Numbered from the stretch's first letter, positions 26,481-41,490 are shown. The stretch: 64,000 nucleotides of DNA from Chrysomallon squamiferum (GCA_012295275.1 CM022665.1:18166001-18230000); one strand, 5' to 3'. Translations and numbers: made by a program. The notes: generated by a model from the letters alone, not told the origin.

Positions 26481-26870
26481 AACATCTATGAGGTTGCATC
26501 ATACTGAAAGTGAAACTGAACAAGGAAACATTTCATTCTCTATATATTGCTGGTCTCAGACTACTTTTATTAATTTGACTAAAAAACAAAATAGCTAACA
26601 GAATGCTTCGTACTGAAAAAGAATGCTTCAGACTACTGAAACTGAAAAAGAAAACATTTCATTCTATATATACTGCTTGTATCAGACTACTTTTATTAAT
26701 TTGAGTGAAAAAAACACAAACATCTATGAGGTTGCATCATACTGCAACTGAAACTGAACAAGGAAACATTTCATTCTATATATACTGCTTGTCTCAGACC
26801 TACAATGTTATTACATAGGTAGACTGAAACAGCTGTGAAATCATACTCTAACTAAACAAGGAAATATTTA
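26345..26870 (+). repeat. Degenerate ~110 bp minisatellite, about 4-5 units (duplicate at 30635-31115)
   Basis: Recurrent catctatgaggttgcatcatactgaaactgaacaaggaaacatttcattctatatat...cagactacttttattaatttg. Confidence 0.85.
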
Positions 26871-29800
26871 GTAGCATATACTCCCACTGTCCCAGGCTAA
26901 AGTTTTATTATACAAATGACCATCATGTCTCAATTTGTTTTATATTTTTCTCAAGAACTCTTCAATCTTTACGTGAGTAAACGCTTTACTGACTGTTCAA
27001 CCAGGTGTTACAAAAAGTGTTTGTGTGATGCTATAATAAAAAATGAATAAACAAACAAACAAACAAGCATAAATAAATAAATATGATTTCATCATTCTCG
27101 AGGTCGTACATTTTTGTTTAAAATAATTTTAAAATTTTAAATAATTAAATAAATGAAATAAAATAATTTAGAATGGACGATAATATCAGATAAGATTTCA
27201 AAACTGTAACTACTTTATTTACAGCACATGAATATCGCAAAAATATTCATATTAAAAAGTTGTGACTCTTAGTAAGAACTATAATATTATGTAAGAGAAT
27301 ATGTCTTCAGTGTTAAACTTCACGCGCATATCTGTAGTACATTCTTCCTATACTGTAATCCTTCAATTTATGAGACTAAATTCATTGTCATTGTCATTAG
27401 GAGATGAAAATCGGTTGACCTGTAAGTCAACCAAATCTATCTATCTATCTATCTGTAACTATGGTTTGCATTTGTAAGGTAAGTAGATCATTTTGACATG
27501 CCTAGGGGGCTTGTATGTCTTAATGACCCAAATGGCTTGCCAGCAGGACCTTTGGCTTCTAAAGGTGAGGTATCCTTAATAAAAACCTTGGGTACTGAAG
27601 TCAGAAGTATTGGGCCGCAAGTCACCCTCTAATAGACCACAATACTGTTCATCAACAGTTGATATGACTACATTTCTCAGCAATACTGACAGTGCTCGCT
27701 CTGTCATGACTCACCAGGCAAGTGTAGCGCCGGACTCCTTACCTCACGCGAGTCCATCTTCAGCTATTGAAGTCCTTCAAAACTGCATAAACCTGCAGCA
27801 GTTAACAACTACAACAACTCTTTTAGAAGCTGTACGACACAAGAAGTTATCTACAGTGAACAGTATCATTCATAGTCACTGCTGGCCTTGATGTGTAGTC
27901 AACAAGTGAACGAACGAAAAAAAACAAATTATTTATATGTTCTCCATTCTTTCAATATAATGAAATTAACAGATATATCCGACTAGAGATAAAAGGAATG
28001 AAACCAGCATAAAATGTTTATAATTAAATATAATTATTCAGCGCACAAAAGAAAAAGTCTGTAGAAACGCCAACTGGTAAAACTCGGTCAGCCTGTCAGT
28101 GCGTGCTAAATCATGATATAATCTTCCTCGGCCATGACATTATCGATCTGTACCTAACATAGCAACCAATAAAAAAAACTGTTTTTGTTTCGGACTATGA
28201 CAACCATAATCAAGAAGTGAAAAAAGAATCAACTTATTTATATGATTATATCCAGTTTTGTGGTACGCTAGCCTGGTTTGTATTAGATCTTACAGTCTGA
28301 AGTAAGTTTTTTTCTTTGTTTTGTTTTTATATACTGTCTTATTTAATCAATTAGCCAACCAGTTAATCAGTTAACCGATCAGTTAATTTGAAAAAGTAAA
28401 TATTGTATTCTATATATACTGCTTATCACAGACTACAGTATTATTAATCAGACAGAATGAAAAACAGCTAAGTGATTACGTCATAATGAAACTGAGTTAT
28501 TCTTTAGCATAAGACAATCTTTTATTTTTGTGTAACTATATCATAATAATCAGTTAGAACGCAGCCTAGAAAAGGTGCTAATTAATTACTGACTTAAAGC
28601 AACATGATTAAAGGTAGCTATAGAAGTTTTGTGTCTTTTGTTCTAGAAATAATAAATTATAATAAAATCTGTAAAGCAGCGTAGTGTCACGGTGACAGTT
28701 TATTCCCGAATCTGGCAGTGAGATTATAACACATCGTAACTGGACACGCCAGTTGTTCCATTTCTGGCATGTATTGCTCACCCTTACTAATTGATATTCC
28801 GTCATCTTAATTGATGGCCCTTCACCTTAGCTGATGTTCCCGGTACCACTGATGATTAATCGTACCATTGACGGTTGACTGTTGATCGGTGATCAAAGCA
28901 ATAACAAAGGCAATTAATTACGGTCAAACATAACAAACATCATGACTGTATAGTATTTATATAAGTAGTATTTCCAGTCTCCAAATCTTACGTTATAACA
29001 TTAATTTCCTTGCAGCCTCTACTCTGGATACCCTTTTCATACATCTCTTAATTGATCTCGTTAACCCCACACGTCTAAATTGGTAGTATTTCCTGTCTCC
29101 AAATTTTACTGAGATATAACATTAATTTCATGTCTCCAAAGATTAATTTTCTTGCAATCTCTATTCCGGCTCACCTCTGCTCTTCACTGCTCATTAAAGT
29201 TAATCTCGTTAATCGCCCCCTCTGTTCTTCACACATCTCGTTATCCCCATGCGTCTAAATTGGCCTTAATTGCTCACGCCAGTTTTCCCATTTCTGGAAG
29301 CGGATTAGAACACCTCACCGCTTACTTAATCTGGAGACTGCTCTGTTTGATTTGTTGATCAATTTGATGTAACCTGCATATGCTCCGTAGAGAGTTTGAG
29401 TTTATATTTATTTCTAACAAAATCTGTTAGGGAAAATTAAAAGAATTAAGAATTACAGTATTTCATTTAACGTCCTCAACCACTATATAATATAAATATT
29501 TTGTTTTGTTTTGGTGTTCATAGTGGATACTTGATATTATATATAGTTTATATCTGCAGTATATGCAAATACATGATTCTATTATAATCAACCGTCATAG
29601 TTTCTTAATTACACAGTCAGCGGGTCCACCAAAGGCGCAAACCCATGACACGAAACGAACCATATTTTAACAGAGTCATTAGTACTTGAAGGCTAACATG
29701 TCTTATGTGCTACAAGAAGAAACCCAAGTCCCTGGTATAATCCACAGACTTGGAAATCTTCACACATTTCAGACGACCTGGATTGTGACGTAATGGTCAG

Positions 29801-30386
29801 CTGATTAACATGAAGGTTAAAATTTAACAGAATAAGAAAACGTAATATTAAACACATTTCGTACACACATTTACACAGTATACACACACTTACCCTGCAA
29901 TCATTATAAATAGCAAGACAAGATGACTTCATAAAATATAACTTGTTGGGACTATATTTATTTTGATAAATTAATTGTTTATATAGATATATAAACTCAC
30001 GCACACAGACACATATAGGGATTGAGCGATATTGTGACGTGAGCAAAATAATCGTACTCTTGTACTAAATTTCACCTTACTTTTAACATGCGGCGAAGTT
30101 CTTAGTCGTCTTCTTTTGTTTTAGAAATACATGTAACTTGGAAATGGAAAGTATCCGTTCATTTTGCCTCCATGTTGTCCACTGATCTCCGAGAAACGAG
30201 GAAGTTCATTGTAAACAAACATACGAATAAAACTTCTGTTAAATGGTTTTGTTATCGTTATCACTAGTACAATTATATACATCGTTTATTATAGGAACAT
30301 TATTATTTTTATCATCACCATCGTCTTTATAGTTGCTACTAGTAAAGTATATAACGTTTATTACATATGATAAACCATTTCGGTAC

Positions 30387-30437
<51 letters not shown>

Positions 30438-33018
30438 TAATGTTATTATTATTATTATAATTAATTTATTTATTTATGTCTATCAAATTCACACATTCAC
30501 AAAAAAAAAAAAATAATGAATTATAATCTCGTCAGTCTCAGTGTTGTTTGAATTATTATATTTTACGTTTCGTTGTTGAACTTCGATGACTACTTTTATT
30601 AATTAAAAAAACAAAAACAAAAACAAACCTAAAAAACATCATCTATGGGATTGCATCATACTGAAACTGAACAAGAAAACGTTTCATTCTATATATATTG
30701 CTGGTCTCAGACTACTTTTATTAATTTGAGTGAAAAAAAACAAAACAAAACAACATCTATGAGGTTGCATCATACTGAAAGTGAAACTGAACAAGGAAAC
30801 ATTTCATTCTCTATATATTGCTGGTCTCAGACTACTTTTATTAATTTGACTAAAAAACAAAATAGCTAACAGAATGCTTCATACTGAAACTGAAAAAGAA
30901 AACATTTCATTCTATATATACTGCTTGTATCAGACTACTTTTATTAATTTGAGTGAAAAAAACACAAACATCTATGAGATTGCATCATACTGCAACTGAA
31001 ACTGAACAAGGAAACATTTCATTCTATATATACTGCTTGTCTCAGACCTACAATGTTATTACATAGGTATACTGAAACAGCTGTGAAATCATACTCTAAC
31101 TAAACAAGGAAATATTTAGTAGCATATACTCCCACTGTCCCAGGCTAAAGTTTTATTATACAAATAACCATCATGTCTCAACTTGTTTTATATTTTTCTC
31201 AAGAACTCTTCAATCTTTACGTGACTAAACGCTTTACTGACTGTTCAACCAGGTGTTACAAAAAGTGTTTGTGTGATGCTATAATAAATAAATGAATTAC
31301 GAAACAAACAAACAAGCATAAATAAATAAATATAATTTCATCATTCTCGAGGTCGTACATTTTTGTTTAAAATAATTTTAAAATTTTAAATAATTAAATA
31401 AATGAAATAAAATAATTTAGAATGGACGATAATATCAGATAAGATTTCAAAACTGTAACTACTTTATTTACAGCACATGAATATCGCAAAAATATTCATA
31501 TTAAAAAGTTATGACTCTTAGTAAGAACTATAATATTATGTAAGAGAATATGTCTTCAGTGTTAAACTTCACGCGCATATCTGTAGTACATTCTTCCTAT
31601 ACTGTAATCCTTCAATTTATGAGACTAAATTCATTGTCATTGTCATTAGCAGATGAAAATCGGTTGACCTGTAAGTCAACCAAATCTATCTATCTATTTG
31701 TCTGTAACTGTGGTTTGCATTTGTAATGTAAGTAGTTCATTTTGACATGCCTAGGGGGCTTGTATGTCTTAATGACCCAAATGGCTTGCCAGCAGGACCT
31801 TTGGCTTCTTCTGGACTGGGTAGATGCTAAACAGATATGAACTGAAGGTGAGGTATCCATAACAAAAGCCTTGGGTACTGAAATCAGAAGTATTGGGCCG
31901 CAAGTCACCCTCTAATAGACCACAATACTGTTCATCAACAGCTGACATGACTACATTTCTCAGCAATACTGACAGTGCTCGCTCTGTCATGACTCACCAG
32001 GCAAGTGTAGCGCCGGACTCCTTACCTCACGCGAGTCCATCTTCAGCTATTGAAGTCCTTCAAAACTGCATAAACCTGCAGCAGTTAACAACTACAACAA
32101 CTCTTTTAGAAGCTGTACGACACAAGAAGTGATCTACAGAGAACAGTATTATTCATAGTCACTGCTGGCCTTGATGTGTAGTCAACAAGTGAACGAACGA
32201 AAAAAAACAAATTATTTATATGTTCTCCATTCTTTCAATATAATGAAATTAACAGATATATCCGACTAGAGATAAAAGGAATGAACCCAGCAATAACTAA
32301 AATGTTTATAATAAAATATAATTATACAGCGCACAAAAGAAAAAGTCTGTAGAAACGCCAACTGGTAAAACTCGGTCAGCCTGTCAGTGCGTGCTAAATC
32401 ATGATATAATCTTCCTCGGCCATGACATTATCGATCTGTACCTAACATAGCAACCAATAAAAAAAACTGTTTTTGTTTCGGACTCTGACAACCATAATCA
32501 AGAAGTGAAAAAAGAATCAACTTATTTATATGATTATATCCAGTTTTGTGGTACGCTAGTCTGGTTTTTATTAGATCTTACAATCTTAAGTAAGTTCTTT
32601 TGTTGGTTTTATATATTGTATTATTTAATCAATTAGCCGACAAGTTAATCAGTGAACCTATCAATTAATTTGTCTACTTAATTATTTCGTATTGGTGTAT
32701 TTGTCTGTTGTTACAATTTGTTAGTTTGATATGGTATATTTTTGTGTTATTTTGTTTCTGCATTTATTTATTCATGCGTTTGTGTGTCTATTTGTTTGTC
32801 AAAGTATACATTTTGTGTTGTTATTGCAGACAGGACTAGTTCTCTGTTTTTTATTGTTGGTGCCAAGTTTTTAGGTGTATATTCAATTTTAATTCATCGA
32901 GTGAGATGGGCAGTCAAATAAATAATACTTCAAGTTTTTGGATAGACCACAGCAGTTAATAAGGTTTTTGTTATCTAATTTGTTACAGGAATAATACTTG
33001 GTTGGATGGAAGGAAATA

Positions 33019-34429
33019 TACTCTCCCAAAAAAGAAACGCAAAATGGTTGATTTCTTATATAACTTGTGTAAACTGACACATATCGATGTACAAACTATT
33101 AATATAATGACATTTGGTGATTCAAACATAAATCTTTTGTTACAGGCGCCAAAAAGCAGGTCACACAAAATAAAGGCTATGATCGTGTTTATTAGCCAAA
33201 ACGTACCCGCATGCAAACCACGTTACCAGTGCATGTGCACGTGCGGCACATGAAACTTGAATACGAGGGTTATAAAATTGCAAGGTTTTCGAATACTTCT
33301 GTTCGTTAATTTTGTTCTGACCCAACACCAAACAAATACCACGACTGAGTGAACCGCAACGAAACAACGCCATCGGCCGTTTACAAGCTGGCGAATCCTT
33401 CTTGGCCGTAGCCCTGGTGTTCCATGTATCCCCAAGCACCATCTTGAGATTGTGCTATCAGTTCCAGCAACATTAAACAACATGTGACTGTCCCAGATCA
33501 GGTAGACAACGTGTTACCATCAGGACCCAGGACCGCTACATACGGGAAAGAATCACCACGGCAACCTCTACTGCTTCAGCAATACCAGATCTGCGTAGAA
33601 TATCGGACCAGACAGTGCGCAATCGTTTACGCGAGGCAGGTATTCAAGCCAGACGGGTGTAAGAAGAGTGGTTTTGATTCAACAACATCGTTGACTACAA
33701 CGTCAGTGGTGTCAAGTGCACAGAGTCTGGCCTCAGTTACGTTGGAGAACTGTCTGGTTTAGTGACGAGGCTCGATTTCTGCTTCGTCGAGCTGATGGAA
33801 GACGTCGAGTTTACAGACGTCGTGGTGAACGTTTTGCTGCAAACTGCATAGAGGAAGTGGACAGATTCAATGGTGGTAGTGTGATGGTGTTGGCAGCAAT
33901 CTCATACACTGGCAGGACCAACCTGGTTCACATCCAAGGCAACTTAACGGCATAGAGATACTGTGATGAAATTTTGCAGCCACATGTCGCTCCAATTATG
34001 AATAATGGTAACGCTGTATTCCAGCACGACAATGCGAGACCACATGCAGCCAGACTTACAACAGCGTACTACACAATAACATTCAGGTCCTGCCCTGGCC
34101 CTCAGAATCTCCGGATTTGAACCCTATAGAGCATTTTTGGGTCGAGTTGCAGAGTGGGCCACCATTCCACAAGGTGTAATTTGTAATGTCATTATTGCTA
34201 TTGGACGGAAATGTCAGGCAGTTCTGGACTGCCATGGTGGGCACACAAGGTATTGATATTATACTGTTATAACCTTTATCTTTAACCTTTTCAATGTAAT
34301 AGCATTAATATTAATGAATTGCGAAAGTATGTGTAAAATGTGAACATTCTTCTGCTTTCTGTTGATCCATTAGATAGATATTCCCAATGTCAATAAAATC
34401 TACTTTTGGGTTTCTTTTTTGTTAGAGTA
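33019..34429 (+). mobile_element. Tc1-family transposon, degenerate transposase ~33336-34256
   Basis: Imperfect TIRs tactctcccaaaaaagaaacgcaaaa / ttttgggtttcttttttgttagagta flanked by TA. Motifs WRTVWFSDEARF, GGSVMV, FQHDNARPH, WPSESPDLNPIEH, GGHTRY*; multiple stops and frameshifts. Confidence 0.93.
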
Positions 34430-34614
34430 TATAATACCTATATATGAGAAGAAAGGTTGAGAACTTGATCCAAGAAATTACCGATATATTACATTACTAA
34501 GTTGTATAGGGAAATTATTTACATCTATAATTAATAATAGACTGACAGTTTTTCTGATCAAGTTGAATTACTGGAAAAATGTCAGTCAGGTTTTTGACAA
34601 GTTCAGGCTAGAAC

Positions 34615-34925
34615 TGACATTTTCATACTACATATTTTATTTGAATTATTAAAAAGAACGAAGAAAAATATGTGCTATGCTCTTATCGATTTTGAAAAAG
34701 CCTTTTATTTTGTATGGCATATTGGTTTATGTAAAAAGATATATATAATAAATTATATCAACGGGAAATATTTCAGAATAACATTATGATGGTATAAAAC
34801 CAAGAACTGTACATGGCAGCACTAAAATCAGTATATTTTCCTTGCAATACTGAATTAAGGCAAGGGGAACATTTTTTACCTTTTTCTTTTTTACTACATT
34901 TAAACGATTTATCAAATTGTTTAGC
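34615..34925 (+). mobile_element. Degenerate LINE reverse transcriptase fragment
   Basis: HIFILHILFE...ALIDFEKAFYFVWHIGL and LRQGE motifs. Confidence 0.72.
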
Positions 34926-35049
34926 CACATAAAACTAAAAGTACAGAATCAGTAACATTCGCACTGCTTGACAATTACTATCACTATGTGACAGGGATTT
35001 GGCCAATTACGATGGAATAGAATTCATACAAAAATAAAAGGTTGTGTTA

Positions 35050-36178
35050 ATTTTCTTGTGAAAAACAGGAGATAATTTATATCAGTTGCACTGTTTTGAA
35101 ATGTATTGTAAAAATGGACAGCATCCATGTCTCACAGAGATTGCTAGTAGGCTGTCCGCCTTATCTGTGGTCAAGTCTTTGGTTACGCAGGGTACATTTT
35201 ACTGACTCTTCCCTGCCAAGTTCAACCTTGGCAGTGACATCAGTTTGACTCATGGCTTCTGTTACTATCTGGCTTTGCTTGTCAAAACTTTGCTTGGCTT
35301 GCTGCTTCATCTGAGAACAGCACTTGACAGCTGCGACTTTTGTCTCCGATGGATAATGATTATGAGCTGCAATTAACTTTGATCATCATTAACCAAGTTT
35401 GTGGTTAGGGTTGCCTTGCAATCAGTAGTGCGTTGCACCTTATGTTACGAGGCTTAGTTAACTGTTTAGTGTAGATGAAACCACTGAAAATTAACTTCTG
35501 ACCGACTTTGTTGCATGTTATGACTTCCATCGTGAACAGAGCAAACTTTCTAACTAAAGCTAATGATATTTTCATTGGTATTTATAAGAAATACATCTGC
35601 TTGTAATAGAACTGCTCAATTTTTCAAAGAAGTTAATCCAAGGAAGCCACTCCTTCAGAAGTTCCATTATGTTTTTTGTAAGCAGCACTTAATTGATTAT
35701 CTTATTGTGATGGACTGAACTAAAAATATCAAGAAGAAGGGAAAGATACATAAACACTATGTCTGAGGTTTCTTTCTCTTTGTTTATACTTGAAGTACTT
35801 GGGCAATGCCACCAAGATACTTGGAACATTAATATACTGTAAATATTGTCATTGACGCTATTTTAAGGAACCCAGGACAGTAATTGTCTGTCAGTATTGT
35901 TCATCGGTATGAGATGTTATCTGTGTGACTGGGGTAAAAGATAGTTCAAGAACATGAGAAAATATCTGGCAAGGGAGAAAGACGTTTGGATCAATTATCT
36001 GAAATGTATTTACAGTTTTATCATCGATAACATATAATTATCTATCATGTTGTACAATGATACAGAGGAATTAAAGATATAACTGAAAACGAACTTGTGT
36101 ATTTTTTGTGCGAGGATGCAATTATGGTGCCATTTTTTCCAACTTGCCTTTTATCCGGTGCCATTTTTTTCCGTACAC
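35050..36178 (-). mobile_element. MULE (Mutator-like) element 5' part with degenerate FLYWCH-domain transposase N-terminus starting at 35530
   Basis: Minus-strand reading with frameshifts: MEVITCNKVGQKLIFSGFIYTKQ...RC..TTDCKATLTT...AAHNHYPSETKVAAVKCCSQMKQQA. The terminus has tandem ggaaaaaatggcacc motifs at 36127-36178. Confidence 0.72.
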
Positions 36179-36272
36179 AGATGCACAAGTACATTCATAC
36201 ATAATGTTACTGCGCATACAATACTTAAAATATTCTCAAGAATGATATCATTATGTCAGTTCAATCATAACG

Positions 36273-36313
<41 letters not shown>

Positions 36314-36368
36314 AACCAAAAACAACCCCTCAAATACTTATACATATATAGTTTTGGGTGAAATATTG

Positions 36369-36676
36369 GATGAAATTGTTTGATTGGAATTTCTATAACA
36401 GGGCATAGAAGTGAAATAAATAAGAAAAATAAAGACTTCTCATTATCTTTTGCAGACTGAATGATATGGAAAGTCTCTCTTCAGTCAGTACTTCAAACGG
36501 ACTAATTCCTGAGTTTACTCAACCTTTGGATGAAAGATACAAATGTTGTTACTGCAAGCAGGTTCTTCGTAATCCAGTCCAAACACAGTAAATGAAAATA
36601 CACCTTACATCTGAAACTAAATTGCAGTCAGATTGTATCCAGGATTACTATTATTATCAACATCATCATTACTATG

Positions 36677-36712
<36 letters not shown>

Positions 36713-37208
36713 AATGTTATTATTGTTATTATTAATTTTCTTATTGTTCTTATTATTATAAATATTATTATTTTTATTATTACTACTGTTATTGTTATCA
36801 TCATCATCATTATTATTATTATTTCATTGTTACTACCATCAGGACAGAATTTAGTTATGATGGCTGAACTGTTGAGGCCTTCCCTAATTTGGATCCAAAA
36901 TAGTAGGCTTTTTCTAGCTTGTAGGCAAATCAGACAGTAACTAATAATTGTTTTTGCTGTATTGTTATTATTACTGTAGATCACTGTTATTGTGATGCTC
37001 TTATTATTACTATTATCACTATTATTGTTGTTATTGCTGCTGCTGTTATTATTATTATATACATGAACTTTGTAACAGAAAGTGCAAAATATCAATTTTG
37101 ATAACATTCTTTTCTTTCACTTGTAGATTGTCATAAAGATTGTAATAACTTTGTTTGGCGGATAAACATGTAACCTTGAAATATTATTATTATTATTATT
37201 ATTATTAT

Positions 37209-37246
<38 letters not shown>

Positions 37247-39985
37247 AAAACAAACAAACAACAACAACATTTAAATCTTATTTTCAGTTAAGTGACCACT
37301 TGATGACCTGTCCAAAAAAGCCTCAGGAATGTAAATTTAAACAAATTGGTTGTGATTTCACTGTGAGTATTTCTTTTAAATCTTTAAACTTTAGTATTAT
37401 GTTATTCGTTTCTTTCTTTTTCTTTCTTATTTATTTACTTATTTCTCTATCACTATTATTATTATTATTATTATTATTATTGTTATTATTTTGTATATCT
37501 ATTGTCATTATTTTTATCATTATTACTATTATTATTACTACTACTACTACTACTGTTATTATTATTATTACTGTTATCATCATTATTATTCAGATCCTTT
37601 TTTTATTAATTAACATCTTTATTATGACAAACCATATTATTCCATCTTTTTTTTCTCTCTATATATATCTGTAAAAATTTGTTTGAACAATTGAACAACG
37701 GGTTGATAAAAAAAACGATAAAAACGCACACAGGTTTATTGCAAATGGAACAGATTTTCAAGTGTATCCAGTGTACAGATAAATGTATACATAATCTTTC
37801 TATTAAGCTTTAGCCTGTACATCTAGGTAAAAAAAATAAAATAAAGGGTTATGGTGAATATTCATAAAAATATATTTCACATAATCTTTAAGATCATTAA
37901 TATTTCTCATTTAAAGTATTTATGAATGGAAAATGTCTATAATCTGGTATTTAACATAGAAATGTATGGACATATAGATTTAAAAATGTTTACAGTTACT
38001 AAATTATTTTTATGGTCATTGTAAAGGGAAGTGCAGAAGAAATGGCACATCATGAGAGTCATTTCATGTCCCATCATCTAGAACTATTAACTGTCTTTAC
38101 AAATCCAATGGACTTACAACATCTGGATACTAAACAGAAAATACAGGTAATAAAATTAAATACTAGATAAATATTATTTGATTTATTTATCTATTATTAT
38201 TGTTGTTGTTCGATATTAAACATGGTCAAATAATTATTGTTATTTTTATCATTATTTGTCATTATCATTATAATTTTCATTATTGTTGTTGGATATTAAA
38301 CAGAAGATAGAGATACAAATATTTGTTTATTTATTGTTATTTTTAACATTATTGTTGTTGTTATTTTTAAATGTATTATTCATATTTTTGTTTTGAAAGG
38401 AATTGACAGCAGAGAGAGAGATGAATTAAAAAAACAGCTGGCTGACGCTCAAAAGGAAAATGAGAACCTAAAGAATTCTTTAAAACATTTGGAGAAAACA
38501 TTGAAGGATGTGAGGGTGAGAATTTATAATGCTTGTCATATTCCATGGCTAATGGTTAAATAATGTATTTACTGTAACTAAAATTGCTTGTTTTTTTAAA
38601 TTACTTTTTCATTTCAGTTGAAGTAGATAAAGTAAAGATATCAAAAAAGAATGCAGATATTTGTATTTGATAACTATATACAGTTTTGGATACATACCAG
38701 GATTAATTGTGTATTATTTCCTTTCAGGTTAAGATGGTTGGCCACACTGAAAGGCTGATCCTTCTGGAGAGAAAGATGGAGGAGTTGCCACGTAAAGACA
38801 CTTTTGAGGAACATGCCAGAGACATGGTGACACTGAAGGAAAAAATGAACCAGTTACAACGACAGACATTATCACTGGAAGGTGGTGCAACAGTTGCCAG
38901 ATATGGAACTTTGAATGCAATGGAGGGTTGGCAAAAAGGAGATGTATATCTTAACTCTATTCATCTTACCATTTGCTTTTTATTAAAGGATAGGATGTTT
39001 TCAGTACTTGTTAGCCAGCTTCACTGATATGATGTATATATGTTACAGGAAATATGTATAATCAGGAAATGTGTATCATCCTGAAAATTTCAGAAAATGT
39101 TATTCACTCTTGAAACTGGGAATCATCCTCGGACTGTAGTTGATGGAGAATTTCAGGAACAAGGCTAGATGATGACAGGCAAATGTGAACAAAATGGGCA
39201 ACACTTAATTCCATTGTGGAGACTGGAGTTCTTCTGAAAGAGAAGAAATTTGAGTCCAAGAGTCCATTCAGTTGTACTCCCTCTAGGAAATAAGCATGTC
39301 CTTACTGTGAGTTTGCTCTTTCTGTGGACCCTTGACTGTGTGTATTTCAAGGTTTCCCAGAGGTCATCATGAACTCAAGCCAGATTACTTTCAGTTCAAT
39401 GATTAGACTTATTTTCTGACACTTTCAGGAATTATACATATTTCCTGTAACATTTATGCTGTAGCCCATTTTGCAGTGATTTCATTTTAAATGGAATATA
39501 CTTCCACTAATGGAATGTATTTTATGAGGCTATTTCCTAATCTAAACATTTAAATACTCAGAATATAACTGTAATATTATTTTCAGTAAGAAGTAGAAAA
39601 AGTTACGAATTCATGCTTGTATATTCAAACTCTGTCTGTTTCATATGCATACATACACTTACACATTCTCGTTAAGTTTGATTGGTTTTGGATACTGCCT
39701 GTGTCACTACTTATTTTACCATCACTTTGCCAGTCAGATCATACTAACAGTCTGTTCTGATAATCATTAATTTCAAGTTTTAAAATGTATACATATATAT
39801 TAAACAATTCTTTAAATAACATGCTTCACACCATCACTGCTGAAAGGTATTAGGAGCCTGTTGCAAGAAAATAAAAGAGACAGCAGATTTGAAGTAAATT
39901 ACTTTATTGTCTCATGGAAATTTTGTTTTTGTAAAAACAGTATGATTACAAGTAGTTTATAGAGATTAACACTGATTAATTTTCT
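36369..39985 (+). pseudogene. TRAF3: TRAF3-like duplicated pseudogene; retains exon 1 (36466-36587), 6 (37288-37362), 7 (38027-38146), 8 (38400-38515) and 9 (38728-38926)
   Basis: Near-identical, introns included, to 8082-8360 and ~13090-16660. Exons 2-5 are missing, so an exon 1-6 splice reads CAT TAA. Exon 8 has a +2 nt GA expansion (gag aga gag atg aat TAA). No sense-strand terminal exon follows. Confidence 0.88.
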
Positions 39986-40971
39986 TCTTTTGTTTCCTGT
40001 TAAAAAAAAATAAAATAAAAAAAAGTATAAAAAATAAAACGGTGGCTGAAAAAAGTCACAATTTAGTATAGGAAAACAAATCACAGGAAAAAAGTCACAA
40101 TTTTTATATAAAAAAAACGTGTTGGTTTGTAGGGTATTGAATGCGGCATCATAGTATGCTTGAGGTAATTGTTAAGCTTATTGATTAGATCAATTAGGTT
40201 AGATTAAAGAAATAGTCTTCATGCTGTGCAGGGGTGGTGCTTGGTTCTAGCTTATTCATTAGGATAGATTTAAACTAAGGGCTTCCTATTGTAAATGATT
40301 TATAAAATGTCGCAGGTTAAAAATGCGTTTCACTATGTATTCTCCAGCTTGCTCTAGTATCAGAAGTATGTTTAATATGGAAGTAATTCATAGCAATAAG
40401 GGTGATAACACAATCTGTTATGAGGGCTTCAAGTAATCCAAACATCAACTTATAAAGTATAAATGTATGGTTCTAAAACAAAAACAAAAACAGCAATGTT
40501 CAGTACACTTCAGTGTTGCAGCTCATGAGATTAGTCATTACATTGAGATACATGTATGACTTAATTGTGTCATAATTTCATCTGAAGTTTTTATCACATG
40601 GAGTTAAGATTATTTATCTGACATTTGTTTTTCATTCTGTTATATCTGATGACTAATTTTAACTTTCATCTGGAGCAGTTTTTATTTAGTGTCATTGCAA
40701 GTGAAAAGCTAAATTAACCAGTGCTATACAAACAAATAAGTAAATAAATCATTAAATAAAAATGAAGAAACAGTACTGAAAACAAGACTGAATGGAAATG
40801 TTTTGCAGGATGGTGGGTGGGGTAAGAGATTTTACCATAGAGTAAGTATGAATGATGGAGTCATTGCTGATTCAAAGTAAGAGTCACACGTCTGAAATTC
40901 TGAAAGTCAAAAAAAGTCATGAAAAAAAATACCATGCATTTTTTTTTTTTTTTTTTTTACTTTTATATTTT

Positions 40972-41490
40972 TTAATTCATCTGAAAAACCGCCAGATTCA
41001 CCCGCTTTAAGCACTTTTCCGATTCCCCACGTTTCCTTAAAACGACCAATCCAATGTCATTCAGTTTCTCACCATCCTCGTGAACAAGTTTCTCGGCAAA
41101 GCCTCGTGTTTTTTGAAGTAGCATTTCACCATTGATACGAACTTCAGGTCTAGCAGCCATTTGTCGAAACCATTTAATTAGCGCGGAGTCGACATCTTCA
41201 AACGTCACGTGCTTGATACGTGTCACACCGCCTTTTCTTGAATCGGGATGCTCACCCTTCTCGATGGCCTCGATCACCTTAGATTTGATTTTTAAAATGT
41301 TATTTATTATTGTGCGGGGATCTTAAATCTCTCCGCCGTCAGACCCTTTCTTCTTGCCAGGATTGATTTCACAATACATAATTATTTCATACTTCTTCTT
41401 ATACTAAAAAGTCACATCTGAGCCGCTTCCCAAAATAATATGTTAATTCAACCAACCCACCCACACACGAGGCTAGTCACGTGCATTTCA
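40972..41490 (-). mobile_element. Tigger transposase CENP-B HTH fragment, array unit 1
   Basis: Copy of ~20915-21460 without TIRs; frameshifted after KLND. Confidence 0.8.

Larger units (their letters stand above)
24160..32672 (+). repeat. Direct tandem duplication: 24160-29340 and truncated 29340-32672 (period 4283 bp beyond the MITE)
   Basis: The junction tgctctg(a/t)ttgatttgttgatc occurs at both starts. Paired ORFs 25359/29693 and 27610/31893. Confidence 0.95.

Noticed and set aside
26345-26870. Regularly spaced repeats considered as a CRISPR-like array (also 62291-63790)
   Set aside because: No unique spacers, eukaryotic context and no cas genes; these are mini/satellites.
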